DNA of 64,000 bases. It comes from an uncultured Nitrospiraceae bacterium (GTDB lineage: Bacteria; Nitrospirota; Thermodesulfovibrionia; Thermodesulfovibrionales; UBA6898). Shown here one piece after another: positions 20,967 to 31,170 of the stretch. Below the pieces are notes generated by a model, which was not told the DNA's origin, ran no database searches, and was given only the letters and a program-made list of their open reading frames with translations. The translations under genes were made by a program, and so were the position numbers. The stretch is taken from assembly GCA_963811165.1 (NCBI GenBank), contig CAWEQH010000008.1, forward strand, positions 128,001 through 192,000, given 5' to 3'. Numbering within the stretch: position 1 is the first letter of the stretch; every line of letters starts with the position of its first letter.

Positions 20967-21056
20967 TGGCGGAGAGGGTGAGATTCGAACTCACGGTAGA
21001 GTTGCCCCTACAACGATTTTCAAGACCGTCGCCTTCAACCGCTCGGCCACCTCTCC
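20967..21056 (-). tRNA. tRNA-Ser (TGA)
   Basis: GGAGAGGTGGCCGAGCGG...CT TGA AA, long variable arm, GTTCGAATC...CTCTCCGCCA; 90 nt. Confidence 0.95.
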
Positions 21057-21089
21057 GAAGCACTTATTATAGCAAACATATCATTATAA

Positions 21090-21174
21090 AACCGCCAACT
21101 CATTAGTAGCATCTCATGCCTCTACTTCACAATTCTTCCATCATATTTTCAAAACTTCTTCAAAAAGCCTCTGC
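21090..21174 (+). repeat. imperfect ~85-bp direct repeat, copy 1
   Basis: AACCGCCA...CTCATGCC...CTTCACAATTCTT...ATATTTTCAAAACTTCTTCAAAA, matching 29173-29258. Confidence 0.8.
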
Positions 21175-21279
21175 GCAGAAAACATAATTTCACCTCGGCA
21201 TACAACGCCTGACTCAGAAGAGTCGTGGATAATAAAGCAGAGGACACGGCAAAAAAAATACTCTATCCTTTAGAGAAGT

Positions 21280-21540
21280 CTACGCCGCAATAATCTCTAT
21301 GCTCGATATCTGCGGCTTTGGCATTTTCATAGTAACTACGAAAACCGGAATGCCCTTCCTCTTATGCTGCTCCAAGATTTTGTAATTTTCCGCATAAAGT
21401 TCCTTGTTATCCTCCGGCAGAATCACGAGAACAGCGCCCTTTGGAATTTTGTCAAGAACATCCGGATTTTCAAAGGTGTATTTCATCCACTCTGAGTGAA
21501 GGTCGAGATTCTTTTTTATCATTTCTTCTTTAGTCATCAT
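21280..21540 (-). CDS. small protein, DUF5647-like
   Basis: KNLDL...NPDVLDKIPKGAVLVILPED pattern, recognised from memory; AGGAG RBS. Confidence 0.6.
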   Translation of the reverse strand: MMTKEEMIKKNLDLHSEWMKYTFENPDVLDKIPKGAVLVILPEDNKELYAENYKILEQHKRKGIPVFVVTMKMPKPQISSIEIIAA

Positions 21541-21611
21541 CTTAACTCCTTTTCGACGTATCTCATGGAGGGATCACGCATGATACACCTCATAAGATTT
21601 GAGCAGTCAGG

Positions 21612-21884
21612 TCAGTAGACTTCGTCATGGGTCCCGATATCGAGGAGACGAACTGTGTAGTCACGTAATGTGAAGACGATCCTCAGTTCATACGTCAGAG
21701 AGCAGGCATATTTGTCTTTCAGTTCTCCTGTCAGGGGATGCGTATGAAGGGGAGGGTCAAATCGATTGGGGGCAAGTTTACCGAGCGTTTCCGAATACTG
21801 CGTTCTCAAACGCGGATATTTCCGCGCCAGCTTTCTGGCTTTCTTCAGATATGCCGGAGCATATTCAATCGCCCACTTCATCAA
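21612..21884 (-). CDS. type II toxin, RelE/YafQ-like mRNA interferase
   Basis: HPLTGELK..YACS...RIVF, DIGTHDEVY C-terminus. Confidence 0.85.
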   Translation of the reverse strand: MMKWAIEYAPAYLKKARKLARKYPRLRTQYSETLGKLAPNRFDPPLHTHPLTGELKDKYACSLTYELRIVFTLRDYTVRLLDIGTHDEVY

Positions 21885-22080
21885 AGACAGCCTTTACCGC
21901 GTCATCCACAGATTTATAGCGGACAGGCGTTTCTTTTTCAGCCTTCAGGACGCGGTCAACAAAGGCCTTGCGCTTTTTCTGTTTTTCAAGGAGATATTGG
22001 ATGAAGTCCCTCGTTTCCTGAAGCGCGGGCTCGGTGAGCATTGAGAGCATATCCCTGATCTGTTCTATTTCACTCGCCAT
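21865..22080 (-). CDS. putative cognate antitoxin
   Basis: 71-aa ORF (MASEIEQ...) overlapping the toxin start. Confidence 0.65.
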   Translation of the reverse strand: MASEIEQIRDMLSMLTEPALQETRDFIQYLLEKQKKRKAFVDRVLKAEKETPVRYKSVDDAVKAVFDEVGD

Positions 22081-22360
22081 TTTTTGATTAAGTTCGATTA
22101 TACTCACAGAAGCTGATTTCCCATCATATGCCTGTTGAGGCAAACCACCTTGACCCTCCTTAACCAAGGTAACGCCCCCGGCCTTTCTTGACAAGAACAG
22201 GAATTTTCTGCTAATTTCCTCACGGTATCTTATGGAGGGATATCGGATGACGCGGGGTACAATTATTGCTGAGTCAGTTCCGTCCTTGTCAGCTAAAGTA
22301 AATAACATAACCTCTCTTTCGTTTCCCCTTAATTCCGAACGCTTTCGGGAAAGGAGAGGT

Positions 22361-22480
22361 TGGGTAGAGATACTGCTTCTGTTGATTCTCACTGCTTTTA
22401 TTTTTTCCACCTCTACTACATTTGCCTTCAAGCTTCCCGACACCGGCCAGACTAAGTGTTACGACAAGGCTGGCTCCGAC
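22361..22480 (+). pseudogene. N-terminal remnant of an Lcl/DUF1566-type exported protein
   Basis: Signal-like segment followed by FKLPDTGQTKCYD, then truncated. Confidence 0.55.
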
Positions 22481-22515
22481 ACAAGCTGCATGACAGCAGG
22501 ACGAGGAGTGGAAAA

Positions 22516-25500
22516 ATGAAGAATGAACTTAGGCAAAAGATTGTATTATTAGTGTGTTTTGTACTATTACCTGTCTCAGCATCCGCCTACACGCTCAAAT
22601 GGGCACACTTTAATCCTGCTGTGGTACTGCAAAACGCCACTGGCACCGCCGATCTTTTGTGCTATGCGGAAGGCACTTTTACATCAATTATGTTTAAGCC
22701 CAGTTGGAGCGCAAATGAATTGCAGCTTGAAAACAGAGGAGCTGGTATTTATGGAATTACTTTAAATATATCTGACCTTATAAACGGCTTGGCCAGCGAT
22801 GACGTAAATCGCAAATTCGTCGGCTATCTTCAGGTATATAACAATGCGACTTTAGTAGATGGTTCATTTAATATTTTCATCGATGTTTTAACTCCGGATA
22901 TACCTGAAGCGAGTTCTATATTATTAGGTGGTGATGTGCAGGTATCTTTGCACCTTTTTAACATGCTCGGTGCTTATGACACTCCCCTTGATTTGATCAC
23001 TAAGAAATTTTATAGCTATTTCAACGACGATTACGACTTTATTGCAATAATCTATGATGAGAGCAGATTCCTTAACAGAACTTACATGGGTGTTAAAAAT
23101 GATGTGCAAAATATAGGGCCTTACATTTTTGACAACTCGAGTTATTATGGAAGCAGTGGAAAATTGCAGGGTATAATCCAGTTTCCTATTCCAGAATATT
23201 TTGACCTCGCGGAAGAAGGTGCAATACACGAAATCGGACACAGGTGGATAAATTATCTGAACATCACCCCTCTTAGTCTTGGTATCCCTCATTGGCCAGT
23301 ATCAACGCTTGCAAATGATATTATGGGATTCACCATCCCGGGCAGTGGAGGTGTAGGTGGCTCTTTTCCTTATACTATCACTCAAGTTGGTGAGGACCAG
23401 TGGCAATTAGCGTTTGATCTTTCGCTCTATAATAGTCCGGGTACTTTCTCCGATCTTTCTCTATATCTCATGGGACTGATTCCTTCCAATGAGGTAGGTA
23501 ATCATATTGTATTTTTAAATCAGAACCAATCTATCAGCGACGGGGCCATATGGTCCGGTCCGGTAGCAAACATAAATGGAGCTTACATAGTCGGCCAGCT
23601 TGGTGAGCGGGTACCAAATTACTTGAACTCGCAAAAAGGATTCAGGATTGCGACAATACTTCTAACAAAGGACCAACTCGCACCCACTGAAACAATGCGT
23701 CTTTACGACTGGTTCGCAGCTCGATCGGCTTTAACTACTCGAACACCTGTTCATGAAGGTTTGTGGAAAACTACTTCTAATCCCTTTTATCTCGCCACAG
23801 GGGGCCGTGCAACACTGGCGTCAACTTTAATAGCCGGATCCTTTGGTTACTTGGACCATTTTGAAGTTTCGGCTATTTCCTCACCGCAGGCGGTCGGCGT
23901 ACCTTTCAGCGTAACTATCACCAAAAAGGATGCGTTCGGGAACACCCAGACAAGCTGGAATGGCGAAGTCGTTTTGAACTCATACATAGGCAATGTTTCC
24001 CCTATAAGGACTTATCTAACTAACGGCACTGCAACCATTAATGTGACGCTTGACAGCCCTGGATGCAATGTGACACTTCAAGCTTCAGGTGGCGGAAAAT
24101 CTGGCGTCTCTAATTATTTTACCGTCTCTGGTGGAAGCTCCAATGCTTCAATTGGCGGCACGGTAAGAGACGGGTCCGGGGTTAGAAGATCAGGGGCGAA
24201 TGTGAAGCTTACCGGGGACTGCTTGTCAACTGCCCAAACAGTTGTTACAGACAGCAAGGGGGAATACCGGTTTAGCAGTCTTAATCCGGGCGAATATTCT
24301 ATACAGGCTTTTGACGGTCCGGCAGATTGCTCAAGTTGCGGCAAGAGTTCCGTCGTAGTAAAGCCAATATCCGGGAACGTAACACAAGATCTCATTGTTC
24401 CCGGCAGCAGTTGCAACCCGCAGGCGCTGACGCCGATTTTATTGGTGCCAGGCATTATGGGGTCATCCATTGGTGGCGGCTCAGTGTATCCTGTGCTTCC
24501 TAAAACAGCTCCAAAATGGAATGAATTTATTTATTACACGGATTCATGGGGACTTCATGACCCCATGCGATTGGCAGGATGGCGCAATTTGGTCGATGAA
24601 CTCGGTAGTGCCGATTCCGACTATAAGGTGGGATGCACAATCTTCCCTGTCCCTTATGATTGGAGAATGGATCTGGATGATGCAGCCATGGATTATCTGA
24701 AGCCGTGGATTGATGAAGCGAAAAGGCAGGCGGGTACCGCCAAGGTAAACGTAATCGCCCACAGCATGGGAGGGCTCGTAACACGGGCATATATTCAGGT
24801 AATAATTCCGGAGATGCATTTGGCTGTTTGCATGCTCTGCCTTTACACCGTCCATGGAACAGCTCCTCTTTATTATATTGGGAGGGAGGCGACCCTGAGA
24901 CATCTGATACCGTTTCTTTCCTACACTCTACACCTGGCGATGCAATTGCCTCTGCTTTCGCTCATTTCTATCAGAGAACCTCTGAGTTGCTGTACGCGAA
25001 GATGTATAAACTACCGCTGGCCCCGATATTTTCTCTTTACAAAATACAGATGTACGACCTCCTTCATGGTCATGTTCCTTCAGCGAAACAACTCTTGCCT
25101 ACATTTAGTTTCCTTGTACCAAACGGTAAATTGAGCTGCGAAAACAATGACTGGCTGGATAAGCTCAACAGCGCTGGCGGCATAAATAGAATGGGCAAAG
25201 AAAGTGACACCGGAAAGGTCAGAACCAAGATTTTTGCCGGAACAGGCAAGCCGACATTGAATAATATTGCGGTGGGCCTCAAGTGGTGCGGCAGTCCCAT
25301 GTTCTACAAAGACGGCGAGCCGTTGTCCATATTCCTGACAGGGGAAACAAGTTCCAGCGACGGGACGGTACTGACCTCAAGCGCGTCTCTTGGAAGTCTT
25401 GTTGATTCTGCTAGCCCCCAAACCGGTTCACATGCCTCCTTAATCGATATTTACAAACTTGACCTCGTCGAGTACGTAACAGGCATTAGGCCGTTATCCA

Positions 25501-26651
25501 GTTCAGAGACAGCTAAAGTCAGCGCTCAAGCCGCAATTAGCGGGAATGAATTGACTATTGCAGTTAACGGGAGAGCCCAGCTCTATGTTATTGATCCTTC
25601 GAGTAGTAAAAGCGGTATAGACGCGGCAACCAGTCTGCGTGTTGATGAAATACCCGATTCAAAAATAACCGTTGATGTAGAATCCAGCAATATTGCTGTG
25701 CATAATGCAGCAGATGGGACTTACACTGTTTATCTCAAGGGCACGCGTGAGGAAGATTTTGGACTTGTAGTCGGCTATGTAGATAGCGAAAAAACAGTCA
25801 CCAAAGATTATGCTGGCTTTAATCATGCAGACACAACATCCTTCACTTTCACTGTGAACTCTGCCTCAACCGATAAGATCATTATAAACCACAATCCATT
25901 ACCGCCTGCCAACCTTCAGGCCGATGCCTTTAATTCCGCGGGACTCAAGACGAGGCTCACTTGGACTGCGAATACTGAGCCGGACGTGACAGGTTATAAC
26001 ATATATGCGAAGTATACCGACGAACCCTCTCTGGCACAAATAGGCACGGCAACAACAGCAATGTTTGACACGACAGATGAATGGGCGGTGGATTCCTCAG
26101 TCAAAACGAGAATCTATGCCATCTCCGCGGTCAAAGCGGACAACGCTGAGAGCTTCTTTTCAAATATGGCCCAGAACGACGACCGCGATCATGACGGCTT
26201 GACTGATGCACAGGAGACGGCCCTGGGCACGAACCCAGACAATCCGGACTCTGATGGCGATGGCCTGACCGATGGAGAGGAATATATCAGAGGTACGAAC
26301 CCGTTGCTGGCTGATAGCGACGGAGACGGCTATTCGGACCTCTTTGAGATCCAGATGAACGCCGACCCGAATGATCCGAATTCTGTGCCGTCTATAAGAA
26401 TAGCGGGAACGCCACCCGTGTATTACCCTACTCTGCAAGGGGCGGCAGATGCGGTGACAGAGACAAAGAATACCATTGAAATGGTAGGTACAACCTTATT
26501 CGGTGATGTGAACTACGTAAATACCTTTCTGACCAATTTCAATGGCGGCTTCAACACGCAGTATGGCAGCGGGACAGCACTGACGACCATTTACGGGACC
26601 CTGATAATTAGCAATGGTGCGGTGGTAATTGACGGCATTGTGATACAATGA
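22516..26651 (+). CDS. large exported multidomain protein (HExxH metallopeptidase-like, Ig-like, alpha/beta hydrolase, FN3-like, DxDxDG repeats); frameshift at ~24800-24880
   Basis: ATG with GAGGAG RBS; AIHEIGH; LLVPGIMGS, PYDWR, AHSMGG; continues YWEGGD in the 24828 frame; DRDHDG/DSDGDG repeats. Confidence 0.75.
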
Positions 26652-26735
26652 CCCCGACTTTTGGCGATATGTACATTGACAGAAACTCTGTTGGCAATTT
26701 TTGCCGGAGGAGAAACGCTCATCAATTATCTATGC

Positions 26736-27527
26736 CTAGAGGGCGCTCTTTATCACTCCTCCGTCGGCACGCAAGGGTGCGCCCGTAGTCGCAGATGAGA
26801 GCGGGCTGGCGATATAGGTTACCAAAGTAGCGACTTCTTCGGGCAAGGCAAACCGTTTGATGAGCGACGTTGGCCGGACCGTCTGAAAAAATTCCTTTTC
26901 GAACTCCTCGAAAGACCTACCTTCCTTTTTCGAAAATGCCTCGATAAAATCACCCACCCCTCGAGACTTGGTGGGCCCCGGAAGAACGCTATTTACTGTG
27001 ATGCCGGTACCGGCCACCGCCTCGGCCAACCCACGAGCGAGCCCAAGCACTGCCGTCTTCGTTACGCCGTAATGAATCATTTCTGCCGGGATTTGAACTC
27101 CGCTTTCACTCGACACGAAGATGACGCGACCCCAGTTGCGTTGTTTCATGCCAGGAAGGAAAAGCCGCGAGAGGCGCACCCCGCTCAACACATTGACCTC
27201 AAAGAAACGCCGCCAGTCGGCGTCCGAGATGTCCTCAAAGGGCATTAGCTCGTAAATGCCAAGATTGTTGACAAGGATTTCAACGTCGGGATACTCCTGG
27301 GCAACTTTCTCGGCCGCTTCGGCGGTACTCAGATCACCGGCGAACCCATACACGGTGACGGGGAGGGTTTCCCGAAGTTTCTTCAGGGCGGCCTCTACCG
27401 ATGCCTGTGAACGGCCGTTGACTATAACGCGAGCGCCTTCACGGGCCAGTGATTCTGCTATGGCGTAACCAATCCCTGCGGTGCTGCCGGAGACGAGAGC
27501 AAGTTTGCCGTTTAGTTTGAGATCCAT
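26736..27527 (-). CDS. SDR family oxidoreductase
   Basis: SGSTAGIG, NNLG, YGVTK. Confidence 0.92.
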   Translation of the reverse strand: MDLKLNGKLALVSGSTAGIGYAIAESLAREGARVIVNGRSQASVEAALKKLRETLPVTVYGFAGDLSTAEAAEKVAQEYPDVEILVNNLGIYELMPFEDISDADWRRFFEVNVLSGVRLSRLFLPGMKQRNWGRVIFVSSESGVQIPAEMIHYGVTKTAVLGLARGLAEAVAGTGITVNSVLPGPTKSRGVGDFIEAFSKKEGRSFEEFEKEFFQTVRPTSLIKRFALPEEVATLVTYIASPLSSATTGAPLRADGGVIKSAL

Positions 27528-27685
27528 CGTCTTCTCCCATAGCTGCCTATATCAGACATTAACGCATACCCGCCTATGCTCCCCTTGGTACGATTATATC
27601 GCTCTCTCGGGTATGAGGCAACTCGTTGATAGTGGTATTATCCCACCGCTCAGCCCTGCATAAAAAGACCTGTGGCACTAGAAGG

Positions 27686-28345
27686 TCACCTCGTACTGAT
27701 GGGCAGACGCTCCTTGAAGACGTTCCCGACCGTCATTCCGATTGCAGTTCCTATGATGGCTCCGGCAATAAAATCTGAAAACCAGTGGATCGTCATTGAA
27801 ACGCCTATGCCTATGTAAAGAGCATAGAGCAGAGCACCGCACCGCACCACTTTGTTTGTCGGATATAGCGTCCATATAGCTGCCGACATCGCGAATGCGA
27901 CGGTGGTATGAGAAGACGGCCAGCCGAAAAAGACCCCTCCTTTTAAAAATCCGAAATGAAACTCCCGGCTGGTATCAATCAGCGTGAGGACGGAGTGTCT
28001 CAGCCCTGGCCTTCCTGTGAATGCTTTGTAGGACGAAGATATGAGAAGGCCGATGACGGCTGCCTGCGCTGTCGAATAGGCGCTGCAGATTGCGCGCAGA
28101 TCTTTACGGACGGAACCGAATATATACGAGGCGATCGGAAATACTACCGGTACGCGCCAACCCAATATGACAGCCGGGAAGAGATAGGCGGCAAAAGGCC
28201 TGGTCGCTTTGAAATACATCCAATCAAAGCCGGAACCGACGATTAACAACGTGGCGACGATCGCCAAAAGATGCCATAGCAGGTTACGCCCCCAAAAGGA
28301 CCGGACAATATTGCCCGGCAGTGTGTAGAAGAAATCTCGCATCAT
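27686..28345 (-). CDS. PAP2 family phosphatase
   Basis: K...GRP, PSSH, HWFSD motifs. Confidence 0.85.
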   Translation of the reverse strand: MMRDFFYTLPGNIVRSFWGRNLLWHLLAIVATLLIVGSGFDWMYFKATRPFAAYLFPAVILGWRVPVVFPIASYIFGSVRKDLRAICSAYSTAQAAVIGLLISSSYKAFTGRPGLRHSVLTLIDTSREFHFGFLKGGVFFGWPSSHTTVAFAMSAAIWTLYPTNKVVRCGALLYALYIGIGVSMTIHWFSDFIAGAIIGTAIGMTVGNVFKERLPISTR

Positions 28346-28692
28346 AGCGGTATAGGACAGGCCTATTCCCGATCCCCCAGGGCATGCCCGCTTTATTTTC
28401 TTCTCTTTGCGATAAGATTTATTATCATCATAAATATTCTTCTGCAAAAACCTTTTTCTCGTGGTGCATACAAAGAAGGGTATATGGTAAGCTTTCCGTC
28501 TTTGTCACGTTCATAATTTCTGTATGTCATGACTAAATTATATCAGATGGCAAAGGCAGAATTATTTGTGATCAGTGTGACAGATGCCACTGCCCCCCTT
28601 TTGTATTCACTCGGGAGGGTCAGCAGTGAATACTCTTTATGTGTAAGCGTGATGCGGGGTCTGATATACTATGAGAAATTGAAGCGTGCGAC

Positions 28693-29133
28693 ATGAATTC
28701 TGATGATCCATATGATCTGAATCGGTTTCTGAGCGCTCAGGAAGGGGTATATGAAAGAGCGCTCGCAGAGCTTAAGGGTGGGCAGAAGCGGACTCACTGG
28801 ATGTGGTATATATTTCCTCAGATCGAAGGACTGGGGTACAGTCCGGCGGCGAAGCGCTACTCCATCAAGAGCATAGAAGAGGCCCGGCAGTACCTTGACC
28901 ATCCTGTTCTCGGAAAAAGGCTGTGGGAATGCACGGAAGCGGTGATTGCGCTTAAGGGCGGATCGCTTTCGGAAATCTTTGGTTATCCTGACGATCTGAA
29001 GTTTAAGTCATCGATGACGCTGTTTGAGAAGATAGCAGGCCCGGGTTCTGTGTTCTCGTCCGCCCTTGATAGGTACTGCCATGGAGAACGGGATGCCGCG
29101 ACGCTCAGACTGTTAACAGTCCTCCGACCGTGA
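28693..29133 (+). CDS. DUF1810 family protein
   Basis: KRTHWMWYIFPQ, DDLKFKSSMTLF. Confidence 0.9.
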   Translation: MNSDDPYDLNRFLSAQEGVYERALAELKGGQKRTHWMWYIFPQIEGLGYSPAAKRYSIKSIEEARQYLDHPVLGKRLWECTEAVIALKGGSLSEIFGYPDDLKFKSSMTLFEKIAGPGSVFSSALDRYCHGERDAATLRLLTVLRP

Positions 29134-29172
29134 CTTAAGCTCTTTATTGAGAGGTATTCCAAGGAACTGGAC

Positions 29173-29258
29173 AACCGCCAGCCCAATGGGGAGTGCCTCA
29201 TGCCTTCTCCTTCACAATTCTTTCATAATATTTTCAAAACTTCTTCAAAAGTCTTTGC
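29173..29258 (+). repeat. imperfect ~85-bp direct repeat, copy 2
   Basis: Matches 21090-21174. Confidence 0.8.
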
Positions 29259-29305
29259 TAATTTTGTAATGATCTTGAACGAAAGTCTTAATAAAGGAGA
29301 AAATC

Positions 29306-29566
29306 ATGAGCTGCCCATATTTCAAAGAAAGCTGCTTTGGTATCTGCATTGCTCCGGACGCTATTCACGTTCCCAGTATCGATGAGATGGAGAGATTTTG
29401 CTTCAGGTCATGGTACAGTAACTGTCCGAATATCGCATTCCCCAAGGACGCTAAGGACAGAGAAGAATCCTGCACTAATAATGGTCCCTACAAATTGACC
29501 CCTGAACAACCCACCGGGCCTATGTGTGCAGCCGGAAGAGATAGAGACACCAGCCGATCTCATTAG
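29306..29566 (+). CDS. small Cys-rich hypothetical protein
   Basis: AAGGAG RBS; CPYF..C..C..VPS..E..FC..CP. Confidence 0.6.
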   Translation: MSCPYFKESCFGICIAPDAIHVPSIDEMERFCFRSWYSNCPNIAFPKDAKDREESCTNNGPYKLTPEQPTGPMCAAGRDRDTSRSH

Positions 29567-29686
29567 TAGGAGAGAAATTATTCCGTTGCTCGCACAAGCA
29601 AGGAAGCCGCTTTCATCATCGTATTCATCACGTAGGCCCCGCATCTTGGGGAAGCGACTTTGGCCCTGTACCTGTGCGATTGTTTT

Positions 29687-29731
29687 TTGACATCGGCCGC
29701 AATTATCAGTATAATCAGCATAGTCTGATAA
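29687..29731 (+). promoter_or_regulatory. sigma70 promoter of the hgc operon with overlapping inverted repeat
   Basis: TTGACA (29687-92), 17-nt spacer, TATAAT (29710-15); TTATCAG-N15-CTGATAA (29703-31). Confidence 0.8.
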
Positions 29732-29761
29732 GTAAGTGCCCGGCCAGGGCAGGGAGATTGG

Positions 29762-30040
29762 ATGAGGAAGAAAAAAGAAGTGGACCTGACCTGCGGCGTC
29801 GCCGCCGGTGAAAAAAATGCCCGCTGTAAGGTTGAATCCATAATAAGTGTCGACGAGAGGGGACAGATGGTGCTGCCGAAGGAACTGCGCGACAAGGCGA
29901 AGATCGGCGCGGGGGACAAGCTGGCGGTCACCAGCTGGGAGAAAGGCGGGGAGGTCTGCTGCATCACCCTCATAAAGGTTGAAGACCTTGTGGAACTGGT
30001 GAAGGGCCAGCTGGGGCCTATCATGAAAGAAATATTATGA
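29762..30040 (+). CDS. hgcC: HgcAB-associated AbrB/SpoVT-like protein (HgcC)
   Basis: CKVESIISVDERGQMVLPKELR, CC; ATGA overlap with hgcA. Confidence 0.8.
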   Translation: MRKKKEVDLTCGVAAGEKNARCKVESIISVDERGQMVLPKELRDKAKIGAGDKLAVTSWEKGGEVCCITLIKVEDLVELVKGQLGPIMKEIL

Positions 30041-31170
30041 GCTTATCTCAACTGAAATTTATCGATAAGACCTCCGGCAACAAGGGTAGCTTCATCCCAG
30101 TGGGAGCGGGGCCTCAGATCCGGCCGGCATGGGTCACGGGCATTATCAAGGCCGGTCCCGGCGTGGCCTACCGGGTGTCCACTGATATTACAGGGACGGA
30201 TCTTTGGGGGCATTTTAAGTGCAGGGTTAGTGCCTTCAGGAATAACTATACGGTCAGGCCCGGCCTGTATGCTGCCGGAAATCCTGACAGCAACTCGGAT
30301 GTCCTCATAAGCGCCAATTATAAGCTCAGTTTCGATCACCTGAGACGTGAACTAAAGGGTCTTCATGTCTGGATCATCGTCCTTGATACCAGGGGTATAA
30401 ACGTCTGGTGCGCGGCCGGTAAGGGGACCTTCGGGACGGACGAACTCATAAAACAGATCAATGCGGCAAAATTGGATGGGGTGGTAGATCACAAGAGGAT
30501 CATCGTTCCCCAGCTTGGGGCGCCTGGGGTCAGTGCCCATAAAGTGAGAAAGGCGACGGGATTCAGGGTCCATTACGGCCCCGTGTATGCCCGGGATGTA
30601 CGGGAGTTCATTGATGCCGGATATGAGGCTACCCCGGCGATGAGGACGGTAACGTTCAACGTTTTCGACAGGTTCGTGCTGACACCGATGGAAATAAATC
30701 CTGCCATGAAGAAGTATTATCCCTGGTACGCGCTTCTTATCCTTGGTATCTTCGGTCTTCGGCCCGCGGGGATCATTTTTGGGGACGCGTGGTCCGGCGG
30801 CTTGCCGTTTCTGATTCTGGGGCTCATCTCTCTTCTTGCCGGGGCATTTTTGACGCCGCTGGCGCTCCCCCTCATACCGTTTAGGTCTTTTGCGGTCAAA
30901 GGCTGGATCGCCGGCATGGTGTCCGTGATCCTCTCATCGCGGTACTCCTTCTTCGGTCACTCCAGCGTCCCACTTCGCTTCTTTACTTATCTTTTTTTCC
31001 CGCTGGCGAGCTCTTACGTAGCTCTGCAGTTTACGGGTTCCACCACGTTTACCGGCATGTCGGGCGTCAAGAAGGAACTAAGGATATCCATTCCCATTTA
31101 TATCGCTGGCGTTCTTATTTCACTGGCGCTCCTTGCGGTATATAAACTCGGAACGTGGAGGACTGTATGA
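30037..31170 (+). CDS. hgcA: mercury methylation corrinoid protein HgcA
   Basis: Cap-helix motif GINVWCAAGKGTF, ANYKLSFD, C-terminal TM helices, FTGSTTFT. Confidence 0.96.
   Translation: MSLSQLKFIDKTSGNKGSFIPVGAGPQIRPAWVTGIIKAGPGVAYRVSTDITGTDLWGHFKCRVSAFRNNYTVRPGLYAAGNPDSNSDVLISANYKLSFDHLRRELKGLHVWIIVLDTRGINVWCAAGKGTFGTDELIKQINAAKLDGVVDHKRIIVPQLGAPGVSAHKVRKATGFRVHYGPVYARDVREFIDAGYEATPAMRTVTFNVFDRFVLTPMEINPAMKKYYPWYALLILGIFGLRPAGIIFGDAWSGGLPFLILGLISLLAGAFLTPLALPLIPFRSFAVKGWIAGMVSVILSSRYSFFGHSSVPLRFFTYLFFPLASSYVALQFTGSTTFTGMSGVKKELRISIPIYIAGVLISLALLAVYKLGTWRTV

Noticed and set aside
22081..22443. 192-aa ORF as a long antitoxin
   Set aside because: Extension is antisense to a gene remnant and looks non-coding; ATG at 22080 fits better
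26176..26340. DNA repeats in the large exported gene
   Set aside because: Explained by protein-level DxDxDG calcium-binding repeats
28603..28633. GTATTCACT-N13-AGTGAATAC inverted repeat
   Set aside because: Single occurrence with no linked regulator; function cannot be supported
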